This document shows, in pieces, positions 48,739 to 59,196 of a stretch of 64,000 nt of DNA (positions are counted from its first letter, which is position 1; every line of letters starts with the position of its first letter). The position numbers and the translations under genes were made by a program. Source of the DNA: a virus; the IMG/VR virus record IMGVR_UViG_3300004881_000001, positions 1-64,000 of that record; one strand, given 5' to 3'. The notes below the pieces were generated by a model, which had not been told where the DNA came from, made no database searches, and saw only the letters and a list, made by a program, of their open reading frames with translations.

Positions 48739-50651
48739 TGCCCATAGGAATTCACGTAGATTTAGATAAATTACCAGCCGCAGCCTTTTTGTGGAAGTAT
48801 TCTGCATCTAACTATACGGATTTAGTTACTAACGTGGCTCCTGTAGCAAATGAGGGGGAATTGGCTGTCGTGTACTCAAGTCAAGGTGTATGGCCTAATA
48901 GGAAACTTTCAGGTGTTTACATATATCAATCAGGTGTTTGGGAATATGGTAACCAAGAACTTCAAGATATTCTAGCTGCCAAGATAGACAGTGTTGTGGG
49001 AGGGATGGATATTACCGTAGATAATACTGACCCTCTTAATCCAGTGATTAATTATACAGGTTCCTCAGCGCAAAGTGTTCAATCAGATTGGGCACAAACT
49101 GATGATTTAGAGGGTGATTATATCCAAAACAAACCTTCAGATATTACAGACCTCTCCGTGCATTCAGCTACGGAGCTTTTTGATCTAGATAATGTAGGGA
49201 GTGGGCAGATTATAACTGATGGAGAAAGATTAAATTTAAACAACCAATCGGGAACTAATACAGGGGATGAGGATACAGCTTCTATACAAAGTAAAAGGCC
49301 TTTAAAAACTATCGAAGGACAAAGCTTAGAGGGGGTAGGCGATATAGATTTAAGTAGTAAGTATGATGCCTCTAACCCAAGCGGATACATAGATGCAGCG
49401 GGTGCCCCTGTTCAACCTTCAGATATAGCTAATTTTGAAACCTCAACCGAACTAGACGCAAGAGACGTAACAAACAGAGATAGATCCAACCACTTAGGAA
49501 CTCAAACGGTTTCTACAATAAGTGATTTTGATAGTGGAGTAGCTACTAATCCAGATGTATTAGCGAACACATCAAAACAAACTAACGCTACTCATACTGG
49601 GGATGTAACAGGAGCTCAAGCGTTAACAATATCAGACAACGCTGTTAACAATGATAAAGCAGCTGATATGCCTCCTAATACAGTTAAAGTTAATAACACG
49701 GCTTCCTTAGGTAACCCAGTAGACATTGAGGTTGGAGAGAGAGAAATACTACTTAGATTGGTAGGTGAAGAGCTAAAATCAGGAACAAAGGAAGAAGCTC
49801 TGAGTGTTGTTTTTTCAAGCTCTAACGAAGGAGCTTACGATTTAGACACCCTTATCACTCCTGGGCTATATACTGGTAATGGAAATATAACTAATCAGCC
49901 CTTAGGGTTTAATACATTCAGTAGATTAAAGGTTTTTGAAACAAGCGGTTTTATTGTTCAGCAAATATACGATGGACTAGGTACTAATGTAGCGACACGT
50001 AGAAGACACGCGATTACGTTAGATTGGAATCCTTGGTTTGTAATAGGGTCAATACGAACAGGTTCGGACCCTGATCAAACATTCAATAATGATGACTATA
50101 TCATAACCCAAGAGTGGATTAATACTGTTAGTGGTAGGGTATGGAAGTATTTTGGAGAAACAAGTAATGATTCTGGTTTTTGGCTTTCAATGTTTGATAA
50201 ACTTAAATTCAGAGTTACTCAGGACGTATCTCAAGACGTAATAACATCTGCATCAACAGATATAGTTTATTCAGCTACCCCATCCATTAACGACGCGATG
50301 CTAGATATAACACATTCAGCTGCATCAGCAGGAATATCTATAGGTGTAAAGGGTATATATGATATATCAGCTAAGACAGATATACAGAGACTAGTGGGTA
50401 CAAGAAGGGGCTTTAAGGCTCATATAACAGTGAACGGAAGTATAGTTGATGAGTCAGTAGACAGCAAGTATTTAAGGTCTGACTCCAGTACCTCATGTGT
50501 AATAAATCCATCGCTAGATCAATATGTTTTAGATGTTGGAGATTCGGTTGGTTCTAGGATACTTAGATTAGTAGGTAACGTAACATCAACATCTACATTT
50601 ATAAATACAACAGAATTATCAATAAAATTAATTAGACCAATACTAGACTAA
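48738..50651 (+). CDS. structural protein, tail-fibre-like (putative)
   Basis: 637 aa, T/S/N/G/D-rich; short repeated GDxxT-like motifs (SGTNTGDEDT, NATHTGDVTG). No firm motif. Confidence 0.55.
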   Translation: MPIGIHVDLDKLPAAAFLWKYSASNYTDLVTNVAPVANEGELAVVYSSQGVWPNRKLSGVYIYQSGVWEYGNQELQDILAAKIDSVVGGMDITVDNTDPLNPVINYTGSSAQSVQSDWAQTDDLEGDYIQNKPSDITDLSVHSATELFDLDNVGSGQIITDGERLNLNNQSGTNTGDEDTASIQSKRPLKTIEGQSLEGVGDIDLSSKYDASNPSGYIDAAGAPVQPSDIANFETSTELDARDVTNRDRSNHLGTQTVSTISDFDSGVATNPDVLANTSKQTNATHTGDVTGAQALTISDNAVNNDKAADMPPNTVKVNNTASLGNPVDIEVGEREILLRLVGEELKSGTKEEALSVVFSSSNEGAYDLDTLITPGLYTGNGNITNQPLGFNTFSRLKVFETSGFIVQQIYDGLGTNVATRRRHAITLDWNPWFVIGSIRTGSDPDQTFNNDDYIITQEWINTVSGRVWKYFGETSNDSGFWLSMFDKLKFRVTQDVSQDVITSASTDIVYSATPSINDAMLDITHSAASAGISIGVKGIYDISAKTDIQRLVGTRRGFKAHITVNGSIVDESVDSKYLRSDSSTSCVINPSLDQYVLDVGDSVGSRILRLVGNVTSTSTFINTTELSIKLIRPILD

Positions 50652-51439
50652 TGTTTTTTAAAATTAACAGTATAACTAATAAGGTTGAGGAAGCCAGTAA
50701 TTTCCCTGTAGCTGAGGAGGAAAATTATTATATTGTGGAGAGCTTCAACTCTTATGTTTATAATTATTGGTATAATCACAGTTACATTAATGGGGATTTT
50801 ATAGAAAATATTGATACAGTAAATCCGCAATTTTTTATATATAACGATTCTTTAGTTATAGGTAAGGATAATTTTAAAAACACTTTTAATTATAATTTAA
50901 AGAGCGTAGTAGCTGATTCTGATATAAACTCAAGAGGGGATTTAATACATCAAAAATGGTATAGAGGAGATGTTTTAGCTATCGAGGAATTTAGGGATTA
51001 TACTAGAACTCTTTCTATAGAGTCTCATGTGGAAAATTTCACTTTATCTAAAGAAACTACAGTGAGATTTTTCAAATGGGGAGGGGGTTATGTGGATATT
51101 GACTTAGATACCAGGGTCTATAATGATAATGATAGAAAAATAAGAGACAGTAAAGCTAGGGATAATATAATAGAAAAAACTAGAAAAGCTACAGGTGAGT
51201 ATATAAAACAGAAATTAATAGCAAATAATACTCCTGAGTTGATATTACAAACAGTAGAAGAAGCTAAACTCATCTTTGGAATTTTAAATTCAGAGATAGC
51301 TCAATATAGAAAAGATAGGTTAAGCGAGCCTTTATTAGAAGCTTTAGCTGTATACCCTTTAACAGCTTTTATGACTCAGGATATATTACAGTATATAGCA
51401 AGTATTTTAGATGTTGAATATTATGACATTTTATTATAA
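50651..51439 (+). CDS. hypothetical virion-module protein (262 aa)
   Basis: ORF track. Confidence 0.6.
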   Translation: MFFKINSITNKVEEASNFPVAEEENYYIVESFNSYVYNYWYNHSYINGDFIENIDTVNPQFFIYNDSLVIGKDNFKNTFNYNLKSVVADSDINSRGDLIHQKWYRGDVLAIEEFRDYTRTLSIESHVENFTLSKETTVRFFKWGGGYVDIDLDTRVYNDNDRKIRDSKARDNIIEKTRKATGEYIKQKLIANNTPELILQTVEEAKLIFGILNSEIAQYRKDRLSEPLLEALAVYPLTAFMTQDILQYIASILDVEYYDILL

Positions 51440-51470
51440 TAATTTAGGGAGAATAATTAAAAAATAGAGT

Positions 51471-52688
51471 ATGGAAAAGGATAATTTATTTGATGGGATA
51501 GACTTATCAGAGCTTGCAGGTTCAGAAAGTCCTATTATAAAGGAAGAACAGTTAGAAACTAAAGAAACTGTTTCGGTTACCACGGAAGATTCTACTGGTA
51601 AGGAAAACTCTGTAGAGGAAGATGTAGATTCTTTAGTAGGGGAAATAAGTTTAGAAGATATTGCTAACATAGGAGGTAACGAAGAAGATTTAGATAAGGA
51701 TTTAGAAGATGGGGAAGCAGACGAAATTATTTCAAAAGCTCCTGCCCAAAGTGATGAGGCTTCTCCCACTTCTAACGAAGAATCCACTCTAACTTTTCTA
51801 GCCTCAGCACTCCAAGAGGCAGGAGTATTTTCTTCCCTAGAGGAAGAGGATTTAGAAAACATTGTAGATGCTGATAGTTTGATCTCAGCAGTTGAAAAGC
51901 AAATTAAAAGTAATGAGTTAGCTGACTTAACTGAAGATCAAAAAGAATATATAACAGCATTAAGAAGTGGCGTACCTCACGCAGATTACGCCCAAAGAAA
52001 ATATAACACCGCAGAGTATGAGTCTATTTCAGATGAAATTATTTCTGAAGAAGGTAAAGACCAACTTAGAGCGGAGTTAATTAAAAGAAGTTTCCTTATC
52101 AAAGGGTTTGATGAGAAAACGTCTAAAGAGTATGCCCTTTTGGCACTTCAGTCACCTGACGCAGTTGATAAAGCGATCGCAGCGAAAAATGCCCTTGTTG
52201 CTCAAGGTAAAAAAGCGATGCAAGATGAGATTGATAATAAGGCGGCTGAATTACAAAATAGACGTAAGAAAGAAGAGGATCTGTTAAGCTCTCTAAAATC
52301 CAAAGTTAATGAAACATCTGAAATTATACCAGGAATAAAGGTAAACTCCAGAACTAAAGACAAGATATTCTCGTCCATGACAGTCCCTGTCAAGGTAAAT
52401 GAGACAGGAGACCCTTTAAACGAAGTTATGGATGAATATGCTACCAATTCCGAGTATAAGCTTAAGGTCCACGCTTTACACATTCTTACTAACGGTTTTA
52501 CTGATTTCAGTAAAATTTCAAAGAGTTCGAAGAGCAAGGCCGTAAAAGAGTTAGACGCTAAATTAAAAAGTAATACAAGCTCAGGAGGATCTGGGAGAGT
52601 TCGCTCTTCTAACAAAGTAACTACTGGTCAAACCAGTAGAGATATCGCTGAGAGTTTAAGAAAAATTAATTTGAAGAATAACTCCTAG
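51471..52688 (+). CDS. scaffolding protein (putative)
   Basis: Acidic low-complexity N-terminal third, K/E-rich helical remainder, directly upstream of the capsid candidate. Confidence 0.45.
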   Translation: MEKDNLFDGIDLSELAGSESPIIKEEQLETKETVSVTTEDSTGKENSVEEDVDSLVGEISLEDIANIGGNEEDLDKDLEDGEADEIISKAPAQSDEASPTSNEESTLTFLASALQEAGVFSSLEEEDLENIVDADSLISAVEKQIKSNELADLTEDQKEYITALRSGVPHADYAQRKYNTAEYESISDEIISEEGKDQLRAELIKRSFLIKGFDEKTSKEYALLALQSPDAVDKAIAAKNALVAQGKKAMQDEIDNKAAELQNRRKKEEDLLSSLKSKVNETSEIIPGIKVNSRTKDKIFSSMTVPVKVNETGDPLNEVMDEYATNSEYKLKVHALHILTNGFTDFSKISKSSKSKAVKELDAKLKSNTSSGGSGRVRSSNKVTTGQTSRDIAESLRKINLKNNS

Positions 52689-52723
52689 TTAATCTTAATT
52701 TAAATTATGTAAAAACAAAGTAA

Positions 52724-54205
52724 ATGGCAACAGGAAGAATATCACCATTACAGATGACAGATGCTACCCAATGGAAAGGTTTAACGACTGAGAACCACCT
52801 TGGGGCTATCTGGGAAGCGGCTCCTAATAAAGTCTCTGATATGATTATGACTGTTCAACAGAATTACTTCGGTAATAATATTGACAGCGTTTTAAATCAG
52901 TTTCCAGTATTAGAAATGAAAGACGACGCATCTTTTACTTGGGATCTCCAATCACAAGGATTAGATAACATACCTCTAGTTGAAGCTCGTATAGACGGGA
53001 CTGCTGTAGTTCCTACAGATCAACCAGGGAAGAATCACACTACTTTTGAATTAGTTTTCGGAAAAAATTGGTTTTCTGATACGGAACGGATAGTAGGTGA
53101 GCAGAATGAAACTTATCCAATAATTATTATTGAGGAACCTAAACAAGAAGGTGTAAATTGGGTATACACTTGCCAAATGGATACAGGCGATGCTAATATG
53201 TTTATCCCTTACGATGAGCTTTTAGGCGGGAAAGTGTTTTCTGGGGAATACTCTCCAGTAGAAAGAACTCTTTCTAGGAAAGGTAGACAGCTTAGATATA
53301 AGTCTAAAATCACGATGAGAAATGATTTCTCTCAAATCCGTATTGAGAAGAAAACCCCAGGTAACCTATCTGGTAAAAAAATGGGTAGTTATTTTAAAGA
53401 TGCTGAAGGAAACATTGTTAAATTCTGGCAAGCTTACGAATCTTTTATGTTTGATAATGCTTTTAGAGAGGATATCAACAAACTATTAATGTTTGGAACT
53501 TCTAATAGAAGTGCAGATGGTACTTATAAAATTGCAGGTAAATCTAAATATAAGATTCAAGAAGGTGCAGGTATTAGACAACAAATGGAGTCTGCTAACT
53601 CTTCTTTCTACAACACTTTTGACATTAATGAATTAGCAAAACGTCTTTTAGATTTATCTGAAGGGAAGTTAGGTTACGATGAGAGAGAGTTTGTACTTAG
53701 AACAGGAGAGCGTGGGGCTTATGAGTTCCATAAGGCTTTAGAGAAGTATTCTCAATTATTTACTCCTTTGGAGGATAATTCTAGAATGTACAAAACTTCT
53801 AAAGGAATCAGCCAAATGGAGTACGGTTATGGAGGTCAGTTTGTAGAGTATAAAGGCCCTAATAACATTAAAGTTTGTTTATCTATTGATTCTATGTATG
53901 ATGACAGAGAGCGTAATAAACTAGTTCACCCTAACGGTGGGGTAGTTGAGTCTTATAGGTACGATATCATGGATATTGGTACTACAGACGGTGCGCCTAA
54001 TATCCAAAAAGTTAAAGTTGCGGGACAGCCTATTATTCACAAGTATATAAAAGGGATGAGAAATCCTTATAGCCCTGACGGAGAGTTTTCTTCGGTAGGT
54101 ACTGCTGAGGATGCTTGGGAAGAGCATAAGATGTACTGTGGAGCGGCTATCGTAAGAGACCCTTCTAGAACAGCTTCTTTTATTCATAATATGCAAGCAC
54201 ATTAA
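52724..54205 (+). CDS. major capsid protein candidate (493 aa)
   Basis: Position after the scaffold-like gene; followed by the strongest intrinsic terminator in the window. Confidence 0.5.
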   Translation: MATGRISPLQMTDATQWKGLTTENHLGAIWEAAPNKVSDMIMTVQQNYFGNNIDSVLNQFPVLEMKDDASFTWDLQSQGLDNIPLVEARIDGTAVVPTDQPGKNHTTFELVFGKNWFSDTERIVGEQNETYPIIIIEEPKQEGVNWVYTCQMDTGDANMFIPYDELLGGKVFSGEYSPVERTLSRKGRQLRYKSKITMRNDFSQIRIEKKTPGNLSGKKMGSYFKDAEGNIVKFWQAYESFMFDNAFREDINKLLMFGTSNRSADGTYKIAGKSKYKIQEGAGIRQQMESANSSFYNTFDINELAKRLLDLSEGKLGYDEREFVLRTGERGAYEFHKALEKYSQLFTPLEDNSRMYKTSKGISQMEYGYGGQFVEYKGPNNIKVCLSIDSMYDDRERNKLVHPNGGVVESYRYDIMDIGTTDGAPNIQKVKVAGQPIIHKYIKGMRNPYSPDGEFSSVGTAEDAWEEHKMYCGAAIVRDPSRTASFIHNMQAH

Positions 54206-54220
54206 ACAATAGTAATAACA

Positions 54221-54248
54221 GGGGGGGATATCTCTCCCCCTTATTTTT
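54221..54248 (+). terminator. strong intrinsic terminator
   Basis: GGGGGGGA-TATC-TCTCCCCC (8 bp, one G-U pair) followed by TTATTTTT. Confidence 0.75.
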
Positions 54249-54269
54249 AAATTTATAAATTAAACAAAA

Positions 54270-55136
54270 ATGGAACAGGGAGTAGAAGTTAGTACATTTG
54301 AAATACCTAAAGGAAATATAATTATTAAACCCGTGATGCGGATGAGAAACCCTCAAATATCCGACCCAAGTCATGAGGCTTATTTTCTTTTTTCAGGATC
54401 TACAATAGATTACTGTTTACCTATGGACAAAATGGGTAATTTATATAACCCTTTTAGCTCTACACAGGAGAAAGAGTGGTTAGAAAAGGAACTAGATTTG
54501 GATTTAAACTACCATAAAAATAAAGATAATTATTGGAAAAAAGCTAAAGTTAAGTTAGGAAAAGAAGACACTAAGCTTGATTTATCTAATCCTAAGCATT
54601 ACATCCAATATTTAATATTGAAAGCTAATAAAAACTTTATTGCGCCTTCAGGAGATAAAATGCTTGATAGAGCTACTTATAGGTACGCAATAGTTAGTGA
54701 GCAATTTGAAACTAGAGTTAAGGTTAGCTCTGCGGATAAAAAGAAGAGAGCTTATAAATCCGCAGCTAAGTTAGAAGCTAAAGGTAAACAAGCTATGTTG
54801 GATTTCCTAAGAGTTTACGGAAATAAAGTAGATGATGGAAGCTCTTTAGACTTCTTAATTGGAAAGATTGATGATATTATAGAGGATAATATAGATAAGT
54901 TTTTGGCGATCACCGTAGACTCTGAGAACTATGAAATTAAGCTTTTAATAGCTAAAGCGGTAGATGCAGGAGCTGTAGTTAAACGAGGTAGGGAATACAC
55001 TCTTCCAGGAGGCGACACTCTTTGTGAGCAAGGAGATGTATCAACATTAGATAATGTGGTTGAGTACTTAAAAGCTACTAGAAATCAAGATATATTAACA
55101 TTACTCAAAGCTAGAGTAGATAAAGCAGGAGAATAG
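54270..55136 (+). CDS. hypothetical virion-module protein (288 aa)
   Basis: ORF track. Confidence 0.6.
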   Translation: MEQGVEVSTFEIPKGNIIIKPVMRMRNPQISDPSHEAYFLFSGSTIDYCLPMDKMGNLYNPFSSTQEKEWLEKELDLDLNYHKNKDNYWKKAKVKLGKEDTKLDLSNPKHYIQYLILKANKNFIAPSGDKMLDRATYRYAIVSEQFETRVKVSSADKKKRAYKSAAKLEAKGKQAMLDFLRVYGNKVDDGSSLDFLIGKIDDIIEDNIDKFLAITVDSENYEIKLLIAKAVDAGAVVKRGREYTLPGGDTLCEQGDVSTLDNVVEYLKATRNQDILTLLKARVDKAGE

Positions 55137-55141
55137 TATAT

Positions 55142-55849
55142 ATGACAGCCTTAGAAATGAAAAAAGAGTTTTTAGTACTCTATGATAAAATCACTAATTT
55201 TGATGCTCCAGGGTATCAAGACGATGAAATTAGTATTTTCTTAACTAAGGCCCAAGAAAGAATAGTATTACATTATTATCACCCTTTAGGGAATAAGTAC
55301 CGAGAGGGTTTTGAAGAGACTGAGGGTAGGAGAAAAGATCTAAAAGAATTAGTAGTAGGGGTGACTCTATCCGCTAGCTCATCGGATCAAATTAATAGTC
55401 TACCTAACGGAGTTTTCTATGACCTTCCCACTGATTGTTTATATGCGATTAGTGAGGAGGCTACTTTAAGTTCTAGTGACACTTGTATAAACGGAACTAG
55501 AGTTAGAGTAAAACCAATCACTCATGACGAGTATAGTATTAATCTAGATAACCCTTTCAAGAAACCTTCGGGAAAGCTTGTTTGGAGATTAGATTATAAC
55601 ACCACTAGGCATGAGTTAATAACTAACGGTTCTTACACTGTAGGGGAATATCACTTACGATATATTAAAAGACCTAGACCGATTATTATAGATTCATCTG
55701 TGATAGACGGGGTTACAGGGCCGTTAGATTCAGAGCTAGACCCTATTACTCATAAGAGGGTAGTAGATTGGGCTGTGAAGATAGCAACAGGAATTACTGA
55801 TCCTCAACAATACCAAATAAAAAGTATAGAGCAACAAGAAGGCGAGTAA
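55142..55849 (+). CDS. hypothetical virion-module protein (235 aa)
   Basis: ORF track. Confidence 0.6.
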   Translation: MTALEMKKEFLVLYDKITNFDAPGYQDDEISIFLTKAQERIVLHYYHPLGNKYREGFEETEGRRKDLKELVVGVTLSASSSDQINSLPNGVFYDLPTDCLYAISEEATLSSSDTCINGTRVRVKPITHDEYSINLDNPFKKPSGKLVWRLDYNTTRHELITNGSYTVGEYHLRYIKRPRPIIIDSSVIDGVTGPLDSELDPITHKRVVDWAVKIATGITDPQQYQIKSIEQQEGE

Positions 55850-55878
55850 TTTAAGTTTAATTTTAAACAACATTAAAA

Positions 55879-57087
55879 ATGGCAACATTTAATCAGAGAG
55901 ACATTGGACTCTTGTTTTTAGGCGCAGCAGCAGATATTACTACTGGTGGTATCGACACCCTTAATGAGGGGGAAGTTGGTATATTTACACCTGCTGGTAC
56001 TAGGCTTACCGAGGCTACAGCCGCAACAGCAACTGAGTTCATTATTGTAGCTTCCAGAGGAAGCTCAAATCCCCCAACTGTTTCTGGTATCATCAAAAAA
56101 GCTGACATCAAGAGCGCAAGTTTAAAAACTTACGAAGCTGCTGTAGAGCAAGTAGATCATATTGGATTCAACGGGAGTGCAGGTGCTATAACTGTTATTA
56201 ACGACAATAACTATACAATTAGATTGTCTTTAAGACAGAATTTAGTATCTAATCATGGAGGATTATATATCAAACATGGTTTGTATAAATCGGACGCTAC
56301 GGCAACGCAGGAAGAGATCGCAGCAAAACTTCATGAAGCGTTAGTGGCAGAATTTTCTAAAGAAGCTGACGACCTCGTTAAGGTAGAAAGACTTTGCGCG
56401 GCCACAACTGCGGCTGTAGCAGAAACTTATAGCCCTCGTAAGGGTAGTCAATATGTATTAGCTTCAGCAGCTCCTACTGTAGTAGTGGGGGAGATAATTC
56501 GTTTTGGAGCAGCTACTACGGACGCTTCTTACTTAGTTACGGCTGTAGATACAACCCACAATATCGTTACTTTGGATGTAAAATTCCAAGGAGAAGACGC
56601 TGACGCTGTAGCGGTTACAAACGCTGCGGCAGGTACAGACTGGGGTCTTAAAATCTCAGGGGTTCCTTTGAAGTTTGTTACAGGTAAATTACACTATAAC
56701 AAAGTAGCTTGGGATCTTAGTATTGAGGATTTTGGAGCTACAGCTATCACTAAAGCTTCTTCTGCTAAAGCGGGTTCAGGTACTGCTGAACAAGTTAAAG
56801 AGCTAGAGTTTTTCCTTCAAGGAAATGAAGGGGAGCATTACAGAGTAGGAGAACCTAATATTTTCCCTGCTAGGAAAGATGCTACAGGTAACTATAGTTT
56901 GATTCACATTAATACCGAGGAAATCGCTACAGATTCAATAGTGGCTGGCCCTATAAAGGCAGTTTACACTTTAGCTATTCCCGAAACAACTCCTAATTAT
57001 GCCCTAACAGCTACGGCTGAGGACATAACAGATGTACTTGAAGTACTAGCTTTTGGCAGTGCTACGGGAGATCTAGATCTAGGATAA
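55879..57087 (+). CDS. abundant structural protein candidate (402 aa; alternative capsid or decoration candidate)
   Basis: A/T/G-rich; followed by a second strong terminator. Confidence 0.55.
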   Translation: MATFNQRDIGLLFLGAAADITTGGIDTLNEGEVGIFTPAGTRLTEATAATATEFIIVASRGSSNPPTVSGIIKKADIKSASLKTYEAAVEQVDHIGFNGSAGAITVINDNNYTIRLSLRQNLVSNHGGLYIKHGLYKSDATATQEEIAAKLHEALVAEFSKEADDLVKVERLCAATTAAVAETYSPRKGSQYVLASAAPTVVVGEIIRFGAATTDASYLVTAVDTTHNIVTLDVKFQGEDADAVAVTNAAAGTDWGLKISGVPLKFVTGKLHYNKVAWDLSIEDFGATAITKASSAKAGSGTAEQVKELEFFLQGNEGEHYRVGEPNIFPARKDATGNYSLIHINTEEIATDSIVAGPIKAVYTLAIPETTPNYALTATAEDITDVLEVLAFGSATGDLDLG

Positions 57088-57093
57088 AATAAC

Positions 57094-57119
57094 GGAGGGG
57101 CTGGTCCCCTCCCTTTTTT
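57094..57119 (+). terminator. strong intrinsic terminator
   Basis: GGAGGGG-CTGGT-CCCCTCC followed by CTTTTTT. Confidence 0.75.
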
Positions 57120-57142
57120 ACTAACTAACTAAAACAATAAAA

Positions 57143-58570
57143 ATGGCTCGTAGTAACTATTTTCCAGCTAAAAAAGAACTAAAGAAATTAGATTCATCTT
57201 ATAGATGGATTGAGGTAGGAAACACTGATAGAGACGGAATTGGTAGGAGAATTACAATTGAAGATTTTTTAGAGGAAGCTGGGGTGGCTACAGGTGGGGA
57301 CACTACTTCAGATACTTCAGGAGGTATTACCTCTATTTTGTTAGGAAATATTATATATGTTGATAGTTCTTCTGGCAATGATGGGAATGCTATAACCGCA
57401 GGTAATTATGATTTTACTAAGCCTTTTGCTACCTTACAAGCAGCTTACGCGGCAGCGGTTGCGGGAGACACTATATTTGTTAGGCCTGGCACATATAGTA
57501 CCTATGACGCATCAACATCAACGTATGATGCTACTATAGGAACAAAGTCAGGGGTTAATATCCATGTCCAAGACGCTACCATTGACTGGTATTTTAATGC
57601 TGAAGGACAAGATGACGCTATTTACAATATTACTGGTAATGGTGTTTTTACTAAAACTGAAGACGATGGTTTTAATACTTTCAGAATAAGAGCTGATAGA
57701 CAAGTATTTTCATTACAATGTAAGAGTGTTTTAAATACATCGGACTCTGGTGATTGTTTTAGTTTCGCATCCACTTCTTCTGCAGAAGCAGACGCGGTAA
57801 CCATTAGATTAAGGGTTTCTGACAGTATACATTCCGAGCCTCAATACGCTATTGGACTCACTAGAGCTGTAAAAGGAACGGTACACTGCCCAATGATTAG
57901 TGCTCTAGGAGTGGGAGGGACTTTGTTTGTATCTTCTTTAATGGGTGATGTAGAGGTTAACGGGGACGTACTTAGCAGTACTGGAGATAATGGATTCACC
58001 TCATGTGTGACAATGTCAGCAGGAACTCACACTAAAACCTTAACAATCAACGGAGATCTTATTTACGACGGACCTAGTGACGATGCAACAGCGGGCGCTA
58101 TATCGGGGATTAGCGGTACTTTAGTGTTAAATGGAAGTATTAGAACACCTCACCACGCTGTTAATCAGCAATTCCAAGGTAGCAACATAACAGTTAACGG
58201 AGATATAGAAACAACAGGATCTTCTGACCCAGTTGTGGTCAACAGTTCTAGTGCTTCATTTACGCATAAAGGGAAAATAATCTCCCAAGGATCAAGTAAT
58301 ATAATCAATATAGTTAACGCTACTAAAGTTAAATTAACGGGTACATATACTAATAATGGTACTGGGGCTACAGATCAAGGTATAAATCTTAATGCAACTA
58401 CTACAGATATTCTAGAATTAGACTCTGTTCATGTTGAGTTAGCATCTGCTTCAGCAGATAGCATCACATCAACAGCGGTAACCTCTATAAGTTATATCAG
58501 AGGATTATCTTTATCAAATTCAGTTAGCCCTAATATAACAATAAACAGACCTCATATAATTAACCCATAA
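57143..58570 (+). CDS. tailspike / depolymerase candidate with right-handed beta-helix (pectate-lyase-like) features
   Basis: YVDSSSGNDGNAITAGNYDFTKPFATLQAAYAAAVAGDTIFVRPGTYS resembles the beta-helix N-terminal cap; the remainder is G/N/T/S/V-rich and repetitive. Confidence 0.5.
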   Translation: MARSNYFPAKKELKKLDSSYRWIEVGNTDRDGIGRRITIEDFLEEAGVATGGDTTSDTSGGITSILLGNIIYVDSSSGNDGNAITAGNYDFTKPFATLQAAYAAAVAGDTIFVRPGTYSTYDASTSTYDATIGTKSGVNIHVQDATIDWYFNAEGQDDAIYNITGNGVFTKTEDDGFNTFRIRADRQVFSLQCKSVLNTSDSGDCFSFASTSSAEADAVTIRLRVSDSIHSEPQYAIGLTRAVKGTVHCPMISALGVGGTLFVSSLMGDVEVNGDVLSSTGDNGFTSCVTMSAGTHTKTLTINGDLIYDGPSDDATAGAISGISGTLVLNGSIRTPHHAVNQQFQGSNITVNGDIETTGSSDPVVVNSSSASFTHKGKIISQGSSNIINIVNATKVKLTGTYTNNGTGATDQGINLNATTTDILELDSVHVELASASADSITSTAVTSISYIRGLSLSNSVSPNITINRPHIINP

Positions 58571-58579
58571 AAATAAAGT

Positions 58580-59176
58580 ATGCCTACAGGATTTAAAATA
58601 AGTGCTTGCGTAGCAAAGTGCTGCACGAGATTAAAAATTAAGGATATAAGTGGAGTTTTTGAGGCCTCAGACAATCCCGATGGTTGGGAAGCTGTAGGAA
58701 GAGAGTCTGCTAACGTAACAACCGCTACCATTACTATTACTTTACCTACGGGAAGCGTTTTAGAGCCTGTAGATGTGACTAGTGTTATCCCTTCCCCTGT
58801 TACAGGTTCTTTTAATTTACCTAATATAGAGATTGAAGCCGAGGATGGGGAATATAGGATAGAGTACTGCGTAACTATAGGCTCTGTTAAGTATTTAAAA
58901 GTGTTAAAGATTTATTTAACATGTAACACAAGGTGTTGTCTAGATAAGTATTGGGCTAAAGTGGGTTTAGAGGAAGGTTCTGAAGAGCCTAGTGCAGATT
59001 GTGGTTGTAATGAGGTAACTACTTCAGGAAGTGGGAAAGCCGAGACAGCTTTATTTATGGAAAGTCTTCATAGATCTTTGGAGGTAAGTGCTGCCCACAA
59101 TAAAACTTCGGTGAGAGATAATTTATTAAAAAAAATAAAGAGGTTTTGTGAATTAGAGAAATGTAACTGTAATTAA
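58580..59176 (+). CDS. Cys-rich virion-module protein (198 aa)
   Basis: ORF track; cysteines clustered at both ends. Confidence 0.55.
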   Translation: MPTGFKISACVAKCCTRLKIKDISGVFEASDNPDGWEAVGRESANVTTATITITLPTGSVLEPVDVTSVIPSPVTGSFNLPNIEIEAEDGEYRIEYCVTIGSVKYLKVLKIYLTCNTRCCLDKYWAKVGLEEGSEEPSADCGCNEVTTSGSGKAETALFMESLHRSLEVSAAHNKTSVRDNLLKKIKRFCELEKCNCN

Positions 59177-59196
59177 TAACGTGTAAAAAGATTAAT

